A stretch of DNA of 63,510 nucleotides, the filler included, from Asterionella formosa (taxonomy: Eukaryota): assembly GCA_002256025.1 (NCBI GenBank). It is 29 parts of 29 records of this genome, joined end to end, with 100 filler letters (N's around TTAATTAATTAA, not from the genome) between each part and the next. Parts side by side here need not be neighbours in the genome. Positions count along the whole stretch, not along the records: positions 1 to 2,101 come from NKIB01000430.1; positions 2,202 to 4,301 come from NKIB01000431.1; positions 4,402 to 6,501 come from NKIB01000432.1; positions 6,602 to 8,701 come from NKIB01000433.1; positions 8,802 to 10,900 come from NKIB01000434.1; positions 11,001 to 13,097 come from NKIB01000436.1; 23 more parts are not named here. The stretch is one strand, 5' to 3'. The notes beneath the pieces are model-generated. The model had not been told where the DNA came from. It worked only from the letters and a program-made list of their open reading frames with translations, and searched no databases. Each line of letters starts with the position of its first letter. Within the stretch, counting starts at the first letter, position 1. The translations under genes and the position numbers were made by a program. Below are positions 1 to 12,675 of this stretch, in pieces.

Positions 1-1895
1 GTAGCACGTTCAGCTATGTTTCGCTTCCATAGAGGACTTTCCGTTACAATTTCAATTTGCTCTTCATCATCGTAACTATCGTCAGACTCTCCCGAACTTG
101 AGTCATCGCTTGACACCCCTTCATCGCTTGAGTCGTCGTCATCTGCCTCCTCGACTACCATATTTTTGTCATCGTCAAAACGGGCTGCTCGTCGTTGAAA
201 TTTTGGTTCTTCAGCTAAGACTTCCTCTCCTTCTGACTCCTCTTCCTCTTCACTTTCTTCTTCACTCTCGTCATCAGATCCCGCTCGCACGGCCCTACTA
301 TTCTTGAAGAGTCTCAATGTGGAATTTTCCATCTTCTCGTCAACCCCAGCATCGACATCTTGTAGGCTTTTGAGCAGCGCAGCGGGCTCATTGGCATCAT
401 ACTCAACCTCTTCTATGTCCTCGTCGGCTTCACCACGATTTCCGACTTCAAGATTTTCTTTTTTCGTGTAGTTGACTCGACCAATGTCAATATAAACTGC
501 ATCTTTATCAAATGTGACTGCACCAACATTCGAAAGGGGGGCAAATAGCAAAGAGTCCTTCTTGTTCAAAGTTTGACGCTGACCATCCTTGCTTGGAAGT
601 GGACAAGGGTCAGGCAGTACACTAACTTCCTCCATGGAAAAGTCACCAACTCCAATCACATGAACCTGTTGACCAGGTTTCAAATTCGTTCCGCGGACAT
701 AGCCATAGAACGTGATGCTACGGTCGCAATTGGGATCGTCAGATATTTTGTTGGGATGTGTGATATCTTCATGGCGGTCGATCAAGCAGTACGGATGCGT
801 ATTTCTCCACACCAAGGGTCGGTACTGTAATTTTGTGCAAAAATGGAGTAGTGTTAAAAACGAATTTGCAAACCCACCAACACAATGATACCATGGTTGT
901 CAACATTCACGAGTATCACGGTAGTGAAAGTCCTCTTATCGTCAACTGTTATTCAGAAGAATTCACCAAAAGATTTTGTTTCGTCATAATGCTGAATTGA
1001 TAAATTCTTGCCACTTGGAAAGAAACGAAAAAACTTACCTTGGCTCGTCCAATGTACAGTGTGAGTTGGTTGACTTCATTTTTGAGGTACTTTCCGTTAA
1101 CAACTCCACTGAAATAAAACATTTTGGCACCCTCGTAAATCTCTGTCCAAAATCGATGCTTCAACAATTTTTTCGTTTTCCTCAAATTCTTGGCTGTCTT
1201 GAACTGATCCAAATGAGTAAACACACCCATAACTTTGGGGAATCCATGATTTTGCAAAATGTTTAGAAATTCAAATGTTTCCATTTCAAAACCGAACTTG
1301 GCATCTACACACAGCAAGACAAGGTCGGCAATCTTGGCACAGTCCAACATGGCAGCTGTGTCGTTGGGGCATTCGACAAACGTCACGCGCTTCTTGTTGT
1401 TTGTCACGACAGTGATGGGACCCGTAATTGTTGTCAGGTTATGGTTGGTATATATTTTGACCAGTGACCGAATGAGTGTGGACTGTCATTTAAGAAAAGA
1501 CAGAAAGTCAGCATTACGTACTGTCATGACTGTATTTTGCACAAACCCCATCCATGCTACGGGTAAACAACAAATATATACCGAAATGCATCGCTCACCT
1601 TCCCGACCCCTGGAGGGCCCATGACAACCACCACACTAGGCGGCGCCTCATTGCTGTCCTTGGCAGCTCTACGATCCTTCTGTGGAACGTACTCCTTCTG
1701 GTGCTTTCTGTCCGAGTTTCGTTGGAGAGTCCTCTGCGTTCGCACAATGTTTGCTACAGAAAAGGCTCGATTGTTGTGGCGCTCGACTCGAGTTCCTGCT
1801 ACCTTGGCCTTTTTATCTTTCTTGGCCTCCTTTGCACCACGCCCTTCCTTGCGGCCCTTGTGACCATGATTGCTTTGATCTGGCGGTGCATCCAT
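1..1895 (-). CDS. BMS1: Ribosome biogenesis GTPase BMS1, 5' part; exons 1895-1599, 1482-1039, 824-<1
   Basis: P-loop VVVMGPPGVGK|STLIRSLVK, FVECPND, DAKFGFEMETFEFLNILQNHGFPKVMGVFTHLD, YRPLVWRNTHPY, ITFYGYVRGT, then an acidic tract; GT-AG introns 1598-1483 and 1038-825 restore the frame. Confidence 0.95.
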
Positions 1896-2101
1896 TGTGC
1901 GTTGAATTGCAATTGCTGACCGACACTTGATTAAATATATAGAAAAACTGATGGCCTTGAAAGAATATACCGGTATACCCTACCGGGTATGTAGTTTCAA
2001 CCAAATCATCAAAACCTATTTATGTACTGTGCCAGTACCAGGGGCACTGGTACCCAAGAAGAATGACTACAGTGCAAAACACGGGTAAAGAAAAACTTGC
2101 T

Positions 2102-2201
2102 NNNNNNNNNNNNNNNNNNNNNNNNNNNNNNNNNNNNNNNNNNNNTTAATTAATTAANNNNNNNNNNNNNNNNNNNNNNNNNNNNNNNNNNNNNNNNNNN
2201 N
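2102..2201. other. Artificial contig spacer (N-run containing TTAATTAATTAA); first of 28 such spacers
   Basis: The same 100-nt N/TTAATTAATTAA/N block recurs every ~2.2 kb and puts stops in all six frames; the flanking contigs are unrelated and roughly length-sorted. Confidence 0.98.
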
Positions 2202-3120
2202 TCAGCGAGGCATCCCTTCGCGCAACGCTAAAGTCCCTCGGTATTGAACCTACGGGCAAGATTCAGTCGTGTGAAGGCTGCGCACTAGCTAAGGCAAAGG
2301 CCAAAGCGGTACCTAAAGTCACGACCCTAAAGACAACTACTCCTACTAAACCTTCCAACGCAATGCCTCCTGACGAACAAGGGGCTGATACGACACTACC
2401 AACGAAACCGGACGATCCAAGTACTCCCAAGGGAGTGAGCTTTGCAGATTCCGTCGCAGTTGGTATGATTACGAACGAGCATCGTACGAATTATGCTACG
2501 AAATCTACAAAGCTAGATCGAGAAATGAATAGGCTATCAACAGGCCTTGTGACCTCGCCTACACCTACTCGTGCAGGTACACATCAGCAATCATCCGCAG
2601 CACGCACGCTTATTTTGGATGACGACACGAATGAAAACCTCCAAGAGCACGAACCTAACGAGGAAGCACATTCAACAAGCCTAGCTTCCGACCCACTGGA
2701 ACCCAAGAGCTACAAGCAGGCACTACTAAGTAACGAAAAAGACGAATGGACCAAGGCAATCAAAGCTGAAATTGAAAACTTCTACTCCCGCAAAGTGTGG
2801 AAGCTACATCCTCGTAAGAATCTAAAGGGACGAAAGCCACTTGGAGCAAAATGGGTATTTAAAAAGAAGAATGAGCACGACAACACTACGCGCTACAAGG
2901 GCCACATCGTGGTAAAAGGCTACGTGCAGATACCAGGTGTCGACTTCACAGACTCATTTGCACCTGTTGTTACGGATACAGGCCTACGTATTGTGTTTGC
3001 GCTCACCCTACACGAGAAATGAATAGGCTATCAACAGGCCTTGTGACCTCGCCTACACCTACTCGTGCAGGTACACGTCAGCAATCATCCGCCGACACGA
3101 ATGAAAACCTCGAAGAGCAC
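2202..3120 (+). mobile_element. Rearranged Copia pol fragment (pre-integrase Zn region, linker, start of RT)
   Basis: CEGCALAKAK, EPKSYKQAL, KWVFKKK, VVKGYVQIPGVDFTDSFAPV; integrase core is missing; RT breaks at ~3020 into a copy of 2519-2650. Confidence 0.9.
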
Positions 3121-3527
3121 GTTGAAATAGTCCGTACTCCTTCCCGCGGGTTGGGTCTCTCTTCACGTAGACTCTTACGTGATCGTAGTACTACCTAGTA
3201 CCACTTACTTTCTCTCTTGTCTCTGCTTCTACTAGCCTTCCTGCTAGATAGACTAATTGACCTTACTGTCAATTAACACACTGTTTCCTCGGTTGATAAT
3301 CTAAATCTCAAATTAAATTATAAGCTAAACTAAATGTTTCCTTTCCATGCATCTTTGCTTCTGCAAAGTCATTCTAAGACTCTCTTCGAGTTTCCACTTA
3401 ACATTTCCTCAGAAATCTTCAATCTCTGATCTCGTTAGACAGCTGATTGACGTGGCAATGCAATATTCGACTCGTTCGATTACAATCGAGTCCACAATCC
3501 TTGTGACTCGGGCTAATATTCTTGACA
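3121..3527 (-). repeat. 3' LTR of minus-strand Copia
   Basis: On minus: PPT GGGGAGGA, then TGTCAAGAATAT...GGAAGGAGTACGGACTATTTCAAC; similar to LTRs at 16952 and 19093. Confidence 0.85.
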
Positions 3528-4301
3528 TCCTCCCCATTGCCACGCTCAAGAGGCTGTAACATCGTTCCACTCTGAACTGGTTCGGACAATCTCGTATGAA
3601 CCTGTTCCTTCACGTTCTTGGTCATAATGTCCGCAAAATTATCTTCCGACCTTATAAAAATGACTTCCAATTCTTCATCCTCAATCATGTCCTTTACATG
3701 ATGATACTTAATATCAATATGTTTTGTCCTGGTTCCGATTTGCTGATTCTTCGCGATAAAAATAGCTCCTGTATTGTCTTCTCGTAGGATACTTGGTAAC
3801 ATGACCTTACCACCAGTAACCTCATTCAGTAGCATTGCTATAAACTTGATCTCATGTCCAAACTGGGACATCGCCACATACTCGGCTTCCGTGCTGGACA
3901 GCGTAACCGTTTGTTGTCCCTTCGACTGCCAACTGATAAGTGCCCCGCCAATAGTAACAAGATAGCCAGTCGTGCTCTTCCTGTTAACCTTATTAGCAGC
4001 CCAGTCACTGTCCACGTAGGCAATGACTCTTAACTCTTTTGGCTTACGCAACTTGAGAACTCTATCCTCCATATTGGATAGGTAACCAATGACTCTTGCC
4101 ACTGCATGCCATTGTTCTTCACCTGGGCAACTTAAATGAGCCGATAGTTCCCGAACCGCATTCGCACAGTCCGGCGAATCCTTCTTTGTAGACCATAGTA
4201 ACTTGCCCACAATTTTTCGATATTCTCCTTCCATAATGACTTCACCGTCATTCTTGTTCAATGTCTTTCCTGGTACACCCGGCGTTGCGTACGACTTAAT
4301 T
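3419..4301 (-). mobile_element. Copia RT C-terminus and RNase H
   Basis: YRKIVGKLLW, AYVDSDWA, RKSTTGY, SWQSKGQQTVTLSSTEAEY, EDNTGAI, RTKHIDIKYH, ADIMTK. Confidence 0.95.
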
Positions 4302-4439
4302 NNNNNNNNNNNNNNNNNNNNNNNNNNNNNNNNNNNNNNNNNNNNTTAATTAATTAANNNNNNNNNNNNNNNNNNNNNNNNNNNNNNNNNNNNNNNNNNN
4401 NTCTCAAATAGAATAGACATATGTTAATATACTTAGCAT

Positions 4440-5160
4440 ACCAACTTGTGCTGCGTCATTCATGACTCCATGACAGGCTGCCATGTGATTGGATCCAAAT
4501 TCCATCATATTGTTTAGTATGAATCAATTCCACTAGTGGCAAACTTTCAACTGAATACTTGATTGTATATGTGACTTTCAAGGATAATGGATCATGAGGA
4601 GGCCATGTCATTATCGGGGAGGATGGTATTGCATTTTGGTATGAAATTGGAAATTCGTAGATCATGTCCTTTTCACTTGAAAAAAGAGTAATTTCGTCTG
4701 GGAAAATGGCAGTAAGTGCTTCAATTTCGTCTTATTGGGCCATTTGGCATTCTTCATCTGGCAAACCACAACATGATGTCGTTTCTGGTTTTTGTGATTG
4801 GTGCAGATGTAGTTGTATGGCACCATACTCTTCCATATGAATATCACAAGTATCAGCACTAGTACTATTGTTATTGTCCTTCATCAAAGATGTATCAATA
4901 AAAGAAAGATAGGCTGCTTGTATATTGGCAGCACACATTGGTACATGATGACCCCCATCATGTATGTGTGATTGTGGGTCTTGATAATATTTCATAACTG
5001 ATTCACTATTTGCTGGTGCAATGAGTTGATCGGTTTCACCCCATACATGCAATGTTGGTGTTGCAACCACCACGTCATTGCTTTGTATTAAAAGGGATAA
5101 TGGTAATGGAGCATCATACCCAGCCACCATTATTACAAATTGCAATCCTTGAATATCCCA
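4440..5160 (-). pseudogene. Degenerate FSH1-type serine hydrolase C-terminus followed by RWD-like domain
   Basis: FVIMVAGY...PTLHVWGETDQLI...HDGGHHVP, then MAQ*DEIEALTAIFPDE...WPP..LSLKVTY; stops and frameshifts. Confidence 0.6.
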
Positions 5161-5589
5161 TCATTAGTACTACTACTAGTGGTATCGTTACTATGACATG
5201 AATGCGGTGCATCGGGAGCAATGAGTGTCAATCCCCTACTTTGTAACTTTTTTCTCAGATTGTCCATTCGATTCAACAATAATTGACTCGTTTGACGATT
5301 GCCATGAAGGACAAGAATTCATTGTCTTTGTTTCATGTTGGATGCAGCAGCACCAACAGTATCATTGTTTGGTTTCAAAGATTGCATACTACTACCACCG
5401 GTGGTAGTACTATGGTTGATGTTGTTGTTTCTGGACCCGCTCACATCATTTTCTTTCATACTTAAAACTATAAGCGACAACAGTGATGGGATAGAAATTT
5501 CTTCGCCATTTTCTTTAGATGGCTGACACATCCCTTGCGCTATATAGGGTTAGGGATATACAAATAGTACTGATCATTACATGTGGCTG

Positions 5590-6010
5590 GTATCTGCATC
5601 CATCTGTGCATCCTTTGTTCATAGCCCAGATATGATCATTTGCAGAAATCCCATCGGTATTGAATTGTTGCAGGTTTTTCATGTCCATCATCATAGTATC
5701 CTTTCTTCCTTGGTGCATATCGGAATCCCAGCCAAGTCATCCAGGAGCAATAGACGGTAGAGGGCGGGCTAATGCAGGTAAGTCCATGTATGATTAGAAT
5801 TTGTTTCAACTTTGACTTTTACTCCTCAGAGTCCCAGTCTAAACCAACACTAACACTCTGCTCCTCGTCTTCCTCAACAGGTTCATTGAATGTCGAATGG
5901 ACCAGTGCTGGTAGGACCTTGTCATGTATATATTCCGAAAGCATTTCAATGGAAAGGGTATCCAAGTTTTCTTTGCCATATCGTTGAAGCAATGTTCATG
6001 CAGATGTTGG
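5590..6010 (-). mobile_element. Decayed DDE (IS630/Tc1-mariner-like) transposase fragment
   Basis: Across frameshifts: ENLDTLSIEMLSEYIHDKVLP...GLTCISP-STVY-WM-WLG-RYAPRKKGYYDDGHEKPATIQYRWDFCK...YEQRMHRWMQI. Confidence 0.6.
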
Positions 6011-6859
6011 GGTTGGCATGCAGGAAGGGTGACAGATCCTTGGAGTTTACTCTCAGTTGGAATTTGCGGTGTTTTCGTAAATTGCGGTACCACTTGGAGA
6101 CGATGTGTGCATGTGTGGCAAGTGTGAGTCCTGGGTTGGTTAATCTTTTAACAGCACTTTTAACAGCAGGTTGAAAAGATTCTTGGCTTCAGGGGAGTCT
6201 CAATATGTTGTGGTTGTGGTTGTTTGTTTCTGGACGTCGTTATTTTCGTTGCTAGGAGCAGACAATTACAGGGAAGATGATGACTCAAATGATGAGTCTA
6301 GTAGCTGGATGTCCTTTCTCAGTAATTGGGATAATGAAGCAGTGCGTAGCTGGTTCTGAAGAAGCATCAGTCCCTCCTTTAGCATTATAAATTTCCTACT
6401 AGTACTAGTAGTAATTGCTTCTTTCCCTTCTCCTTTGTCTTGAATTCAATTCTTCTCCTACTAGACTAGTCAAAATAGCTTTACTATTGGAATCAAAACT
6501 ANNNNNNNNNNNNNNNNNNNNNNNNNNNNNNNNNNNNNNNNNNNNTTAATTAATTAANNNNNNNNNNNNNNNNNNNNNNNNNNNNNNNNNNNNNNNNNNN
6601 NGTTCAAAATTCATTGTGAAAACTTCACATGAAACAGTTAAAACTTCACATGAAACCGTTAAAAGTAATCTTTTTTACGTGAAGAGTGGCATTAATGCAT
6701 GTGAAGTACCACATAATTAACACTCATACGTAGACGAAATTTCGAAAAGTGGCGTATTTCGCGGCTTAGATGCAAGGCATGAAATAGATCACAAGCTCGC
6801 TTAGCTCTCTGAAATTGATGTTCAGTGTAAAATGTTTTGTTTTCTTCAACTGTATTTAA

Positions 6860-8512
6860 CATTTAAGCATTCTTCGCTTTAATTGTTGTAATTGGTTTGA
6901 AAACAGATAAGTTCATCCCAATTCTTTCAAATCGAACTGGTTTGTCAGGCAAATGAACAATGAATGCATCTTCTTTCTCGGAGTTGTAGGTAATTCTGTA
7001 CCTATCTGCCATTTCGGCATAACTGAAGATGTTTGTGATTGCCTTTTCATAAAACCATACTTCTCCCCATTGTGGAAGATCAGCCTTCATATTAGTGACC
7101 ATGGATCCACCATTTGTGGCCAGGTGCATGCTTCCATTGGTTGACATTCAAATGTTTTCCACCATTTTTGGATTGCAAAAGACTGTGACACTTGATTGAT
7201 TATCCAATAGTATCCAGTCACGCATCTCAGATGATTGGTAAAATTGTAGTTTCATATGAGCTCCCGCCCATCCAAATTGATTGACATTTGCTTGTTGTGA
7301 AGCTTGTGATGATGGCGGGTTGTTGGGATTAACAGACGTAACTGTACTTGTGTCAGCTGTATTAGCCTGTGCCTGTGCATGGCTTTGGGCCCTGTTGATA
7401 GCCCATTCCTCTTTGGGTATATTCTTGTCTCAACACGAAGGGGATTTGTGACCTGCTTTTCCGCAGCAGTAACATTTTCCTTCTAACTGTGCAAACGACA
7501 AGTTCACATCTTCATCTTCCTTGCCTGCATCCTTTTGTTCTCTCTCTTTATTATTATCTCCTGGTTTATTGTGACTGTTGGGTTTATTTGTTACGTCAAA
7601 CCGATGGTTGCTGATAACATTATTTGATTCGGTGATGCTCTTCGGGTATTGATCGTTGCTGAGTGATTGTTGAGTGTTCAGCCCGGTCATAATTGATCCG
7701 TATTTGGCTTTATCGGCATTATCGAGATATAAATATGCCATAAATTGACTGAAAGCTTGTTCATGAAATTTATCTCGTTGCTTGATGTCGGTCTCTTTGT
7801 ATCCATCCATGGCTTCAATGAACTTGGTGAGGATAATGGGTCCTCCCATGTGTGACTTGAGGACATCTCGTGCCACACGGAATCTCTTGGTGTAGTCTTG
7901 TACACTTTCTCCTTCTTTTTGCTTTGTAAATAAAAGCGTTTTCATCGCATCTAAAATGATCGACATTGAATATCGATTTTCTTGAAAATTTAGTGCATGT
8001 TCTTTAATTGCCATAAGCAATGTTATTGGGTTATTTTCGATCCTATTGTAATCGGATCTTGCTTCGATCTTGTTCTTCATGGCTTTGTTGCATCTTTCCC
8101 AGAGCAACGCATATGCCTTGGTATTATTATTTTCGTAGGCCTGTACCCTTTTACTGTAGGTGTTATAGTCAGCCTTGAACTCAATCTCATATTGTTGATT
8201 CTCTGCAGCGTGATCTTCTTCTGTTGTTGCAATGCTCACTTGCATTCTTGGCTTCCATGCCAATTTGTTGATTGGTGCTAGCAACTTGAGCACGGTTCCT
8301 ATGTCATTGCCATAGTCGAACACTTTCTTGATATGATTGATGAGGTACTCATTAGTAGTCTCATAATCAGATGCCTGCTTCAATGATCCGAGATAGTAGT
8401 TATAGTCATTGACTGACTTCTTGATGGAGTGAGAAGCAATATTGCTTCCTCCCTTGGCTTGAAACTTGCCCTTGGCTTGAGCCTTCTTGGTAAACTTTCC
8501 TTTGCCACTCAT
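6860..8512 (-). mobile_element. CoDi-like Copia gag-protease, inactivated
   Basis: KAYALLWERC, CYCCGKAGHKSPSC knuckle, WILLDNQSSVTVFCN protease, TNGG, NIFSYAEM; in-frame TGA at 7430 and 7148. Confidence 0.9.
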
Positions 8513-10150
8513 GATGCGCCTTGTACGACTTCTTCAGACTCTGGATGGCCTGGTACCCTCATATCTTGTCTCCGGACTCTCAATGGTCTACCTGTTGTTG
8601 ATTGTGATATCACGGCTCTTCCTGGCCGGCTAATTCTATTAAAACTGTTGAAATTGCGTCCTGAAGCACTCTATGCTTTCTTGTATCCTGTAAGGACACG
8701 TNNNNNNNNNNNNNNNNNNNNNNNNNNNNNNNNNNNNNNNNNNNNTTAATTAATTAANNNNNNNNNNNNNNNNNNNNNNNNNNNNNNNNNNNNNNNNNNN
8801 NATTTAGTTTATTTAGATTTCCTCCTCATTATTATTATGGCCAACAACCTGAGCAGCATTTGTTTGGAGTTAGACAGATATTTGCAATTCTTTCTTATAT
8901 TTTATGTTAGCAAGATTGGGATAAAAAATTTATAGTATGATGACTTCTTGGAGAAAATGAGTGTGTTGGGTCGATTACAGAGAAAGAGACCCTGATGACG
9001 GTTGGAATGGCATCATAGGTATTCTGAATGTACGGGGTACCATGTAGTATACCATGGTTACATTCCACTATGGACAGTATATGCATGCTTTTGTTGTGAA
9101 CAAATCACCCATCAATTATGTAATTGCTGTAAGTCTTGCTTCTCTTTACCCAGGTTGAAGTACTACCGGTACTTCTCCAGAAGTGCTACTACAGTCAAAA
9201 TTGCCAGAAGACATTTCAAGACAAAAATCTTTGTTTCACAATTGTTTGATTGTGATTCATATACATGAATGCCCTCTGTCGAAAAATCATTTGAAATGTA
9301 GTTTGATTGAAACATGTAAACTCCAACTTGTTTCAGAAACGAATTGTTCTTTATTCCTTTAGGAGGTGAAGTGAACTAGATTCCATCCACTTGACTATTT
9401 ATATGCTAGTTAGCAAAGCCATCCAACTCAGTAGGTAGTTTCTATGACATTGAAATCTTTATTGAAGACTTCTTTCAGGTAAATCCAATAGAAAACAACA
9501 CATCTTCCTCGTAGGGTACTTTTAGACAGCTCAACTGTTCAATCAATCTCAGTTTAAGGTAAGGTCAACCTTCTAAGTCGAACAACAACCTCCTATCAAC
9601 ACCATCTATGGAGAGTTACTACCACCAGTAGTAACAGAAACTCTCTTTCCTTCATGGATTTTAACCTTCAGAATTGTTCTTTACCAAATATCTGAAGGTT
9701 AACAAACTAAAAAGTGCTTTGTCATTGGTCCAACACAATGCTACTAGGGAAAATTACAATGCTCACACACTCATAACCTAATTAGGAATTAGGAATCTCT
9801 GGTGCAATGTCACACTTTACCCGTATGTTGTACCCATCCACAGATGCTGACTCTCAGAGATACCATGAAGAAGGTAATCCTCCAGCCACCACATCACCAT
9901 GACTTTGTTGAGACTGTCATGGGACTGGCTGAGCATCTGGGTGTATTGCAATGCTCATCCATTCCGACAAGACAATATCTGTGAGTCACCTTTTTTAGCT
10001 AGGAGAACAAGCAAGGAATCTGCTGGACTGAAGGTACGTGTGTTAGCCATCATATCACAGTATTTACTGAAATCAATCAACAAGCTTCCACTCAGTGTTC
10101 ATTGATCATGTCTTCATTGAAAGATTCCAAACATCGACCTGGTAGGGATA

Positions 10151-10202
10151 CTGGGCGCGCTCTGATAATAAAAAATTATTATATCATGTGTGTATTATAA
10201 CA
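10151..10202 (+). repeat. Putative DNA-transposon terminus shared with 55659-55712
   Basis: CTGGGCGCGCTCTGATAA.AAAA...ATATCATGTG..TTATAACA in two unrelated contigs; flanks diverge upstream. Confidence 0.55.
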
Positions 10203-10391
10203 CAAATTATTCTGGTGATCTGCTACATAATATCGTCCTTGCGCTCTGATAATAGAGATATTTTAGATTACTTCTCTGACATTATATATATTTTTAACTT
10301 TAATTTTCAACAGTTAAATTTTCATATCGATGCATCCTCTTGTATGCTATGCCGCCTCTTGTTCATTATATGCATGTGTTCTATATATTCA

Positions 10392-10829
10392 TCATCGTCG
10401 GTCACTGACCATGTCGACTTTCATCTCATCTCCTGATGATGATGATGATGATGATGATGATGACATTATGATCGCATTGCTTCGGCGAGCTCTTGGAAAC
10501 GTTGGTGCTCGCCTGGCAGTTGCTGTTCTTGAAACTGAAATAGTAGGAGCACGTGAAAAATCGTTGTTGTTCCTTGATGGGGACTGAGTAACCCCAGAAA
10601 CACCAATCTGAGAAACACCTGGGACACCCATCCTACTGTCCTCATTGTCACTGGCAAACTCATCAGCACCAGTGTCATCTTCATTCTCGTCGTCGTCCTC
10701 CTCCTCTTCTTCTGGTTGAGTCTGTTCTTGTTGTTCTTGTTGCTGGTGACGGCGACGTTCAAGCAGCCTTGGAGAGGAAGGGAAGCCCTCCCTGGCTGCT
10801 CTCCTTTGACCAGAAGAAGATGAAGACAT
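10392..10829 (-). other. Low-complexity ORF (S/Q/E/D-rich) containing a (GAT)n microsatellite at ~10435-10462; possibly a first exon
   Basis: 145-aa ATG ORF with no recognisable domain. Confidence 0.3.
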
Positions 10830-11123
10830 GGCCGAAATCTAAAAGCGATGACGATCGAATTATTGAGGAGGTTGATTGATATGTAACGATATGCATATGT
10901 NNNNNNNNNNNNNNNNNNNNNNNNNNNNNNNNNNNNNNNNNNNNTTAATTAATTAANNNNNNNNNNNNNNNNNNNNNNNNNNNNNNNNNNNNNNNNNNNN
11001 GTACCTGGTATTGTCCCTAATGATGGTGTACCGGATTGGTGAAGTTTCTACATGCGATTTTTATGATCAAAAACTTGCTTCCAACAGGAGACCCACCCAT
11101 AGTCAGTATTACATGTATACTGG

Positions 11124-11252
11124 TGTTAAAGTATTACCTTTTTGTATAGATCTATATCGTTAGACAAAGAAGACTATAGTTAGAGACGTTCGTTTCTCTT
11201 TCCGTTTCTATATTCTTATTGTGAGTTTACTAATCTAGTTTAGGTTGTTTTG
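11124..11252 (-). repeat. 3' part of an LTR of the 49002-49422 family
   Basis: Near-identical reverse complement of ~49295-49422, including the terminal ACTTTAACA. Confidence 0.9.
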
Positions 11253-12457
11253 GTTTTACATTGGTGCTCCCCAACAAGCGAAACGAGCTGTTGAATGAGC
11301 ATCAACTGAGAAAAAAAGGAAATGTGGCTGCGTTTAGTTAACAATTTGTTGTTGTCCTGCCTGCCTCCCAACGATTGTCATCCAAGTACCACATTGATGG
11401 CTTCATTACCTTAAACATTCTCCATCCTTCGAAGGCGCAATGTGTCGAAGTCACAATGTTTTTCCTTATGTATTGCGTAAACTTTCTTTTCTTGTCATGT
11501 GCTTTACTACGACGTATCTTTTCATGAAGCAGCAGGCATTGTTTGTTAACATGACAGAACGATTTCAAAAAATATATGCCATGAATATAGTAATAAAATT
11601 TGTAAATATATATATATATAGTGTTATACATTCATAAAATTCAAAGGCGCTCTCGATATGGATGGAACATCTGATATGGTTGAGATGATCATACTTGCAT
11701 ATACATAATTCGAAAATACTCAATTCACTATATGTCCATTGTTTTCCACGACTACGTGTACCGGTATTATTTCTGAAATTTGTTTGCATCGATATTTTCT
11801 ACGTCCGTTGAAACTAATTATTTAGACCATTCAATTGGTGTAAGTCATAACCGCCAGGGTTTTGGTAGCAAATTGTTTAAGCCCCTTTTTTGGTTGGGGG
11901 CTCTTCATGTGTACCAGTACATCATATGACAATAACAATATATCATATATAAATACAGAGTACCAGTAGCAGGTAGTCAGTGATATACTGGGGGCAGTCG
12001 GAGTAGTAAACTAGCAACAGAACACCATATATTCAGGACTGTTGCTACTGCAGTGGGACAGTAAATCATCACAGTTTTAGGATCGTATGATCGTAAAACT
12101 AAAAACCAATAGTCGGAGTAATAAGCAAGCAACAGAACACCATATGTCTATGACTGCTGCTACTGCAGCGGGACAGTAAATCATCATAGTTTTAGGATTG
12201 CATGATTGTAAAACTAAAAACCAATAGTCAGAGTAATAAGCAAGCAACAGAACACCATATGTCTATGACTGCTGCTACTACTGCAGCAGGACAGTAAATC
12301 ATCATAGTTTTAGGATTGTATGATCGTAAAACTAAAAACCAATAGTCGGAGTAATAAGCAAGCAACAGAACACAATATGTCTATGACTGCTGCTACTGCA
12401 GTGGGACAGTAAATGAATTTAAGATCATCGAACTTTAAGGAAGACAACAACAACAGT
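11243..12457 (+). repeat. Interspersed repeat family A with internal ~115-bp tandem array (11997-12413, ~3.6 units)
   Basis: Collinear with 27148-28370; array unit also at 36935-37234 on minus. Confidence 0.9.
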
Positions 12458-12581
12458 TATCAAGTAGTACAATGTCTTCAAGAAACCATAAAGAGGTTCA
12501 TGGAAAAAACGACATGAGACAAATACTGCCGGTATGGAACAAAGAAGCAAGTTCCAAAATGAGTTTACAATAGCAAAATTA

Positions 12582-12675
12582 CCAGCAAGTTGAGGTCATT
12601 TTGTTTGAACACATTTTAATCTGGGATAAAGTGTGCTAAATCTTTAGTTTCAGCAAAATTACCGCAACTTGCAGC
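12582..12675. mobile_element. 94-bp Tc1/mariner-type MITE, TA-flanked
   Basis: TA|CCAGCAAGTTGAGGTCATTTTG...CAAAATTACCGCAACTTGCAGC|TA. Confidence 0.75.

Noticed and set aside
2146..2157. Regularly spaced TTAATTAATTAA resembling a repeat array; ORFs ending in X...LIN
   Set aside because: Assembly linker inside N runs; ORFs extended through it are artefacts, and neighbouring contigs imply no gene linkage
8802..10140. Possible decayed coding sequence (also 37335-37760, 48285-48670, 56500-56946)
   Set aside because: No recognisable motif in any frame that I could read
11997..12413. CRISPR-like periodicity (also at 44490-44722 and 26472-26586)
   Set aside because: Units are contiguous tandem copies without unique spacers, no cas genes, eukaryotic context
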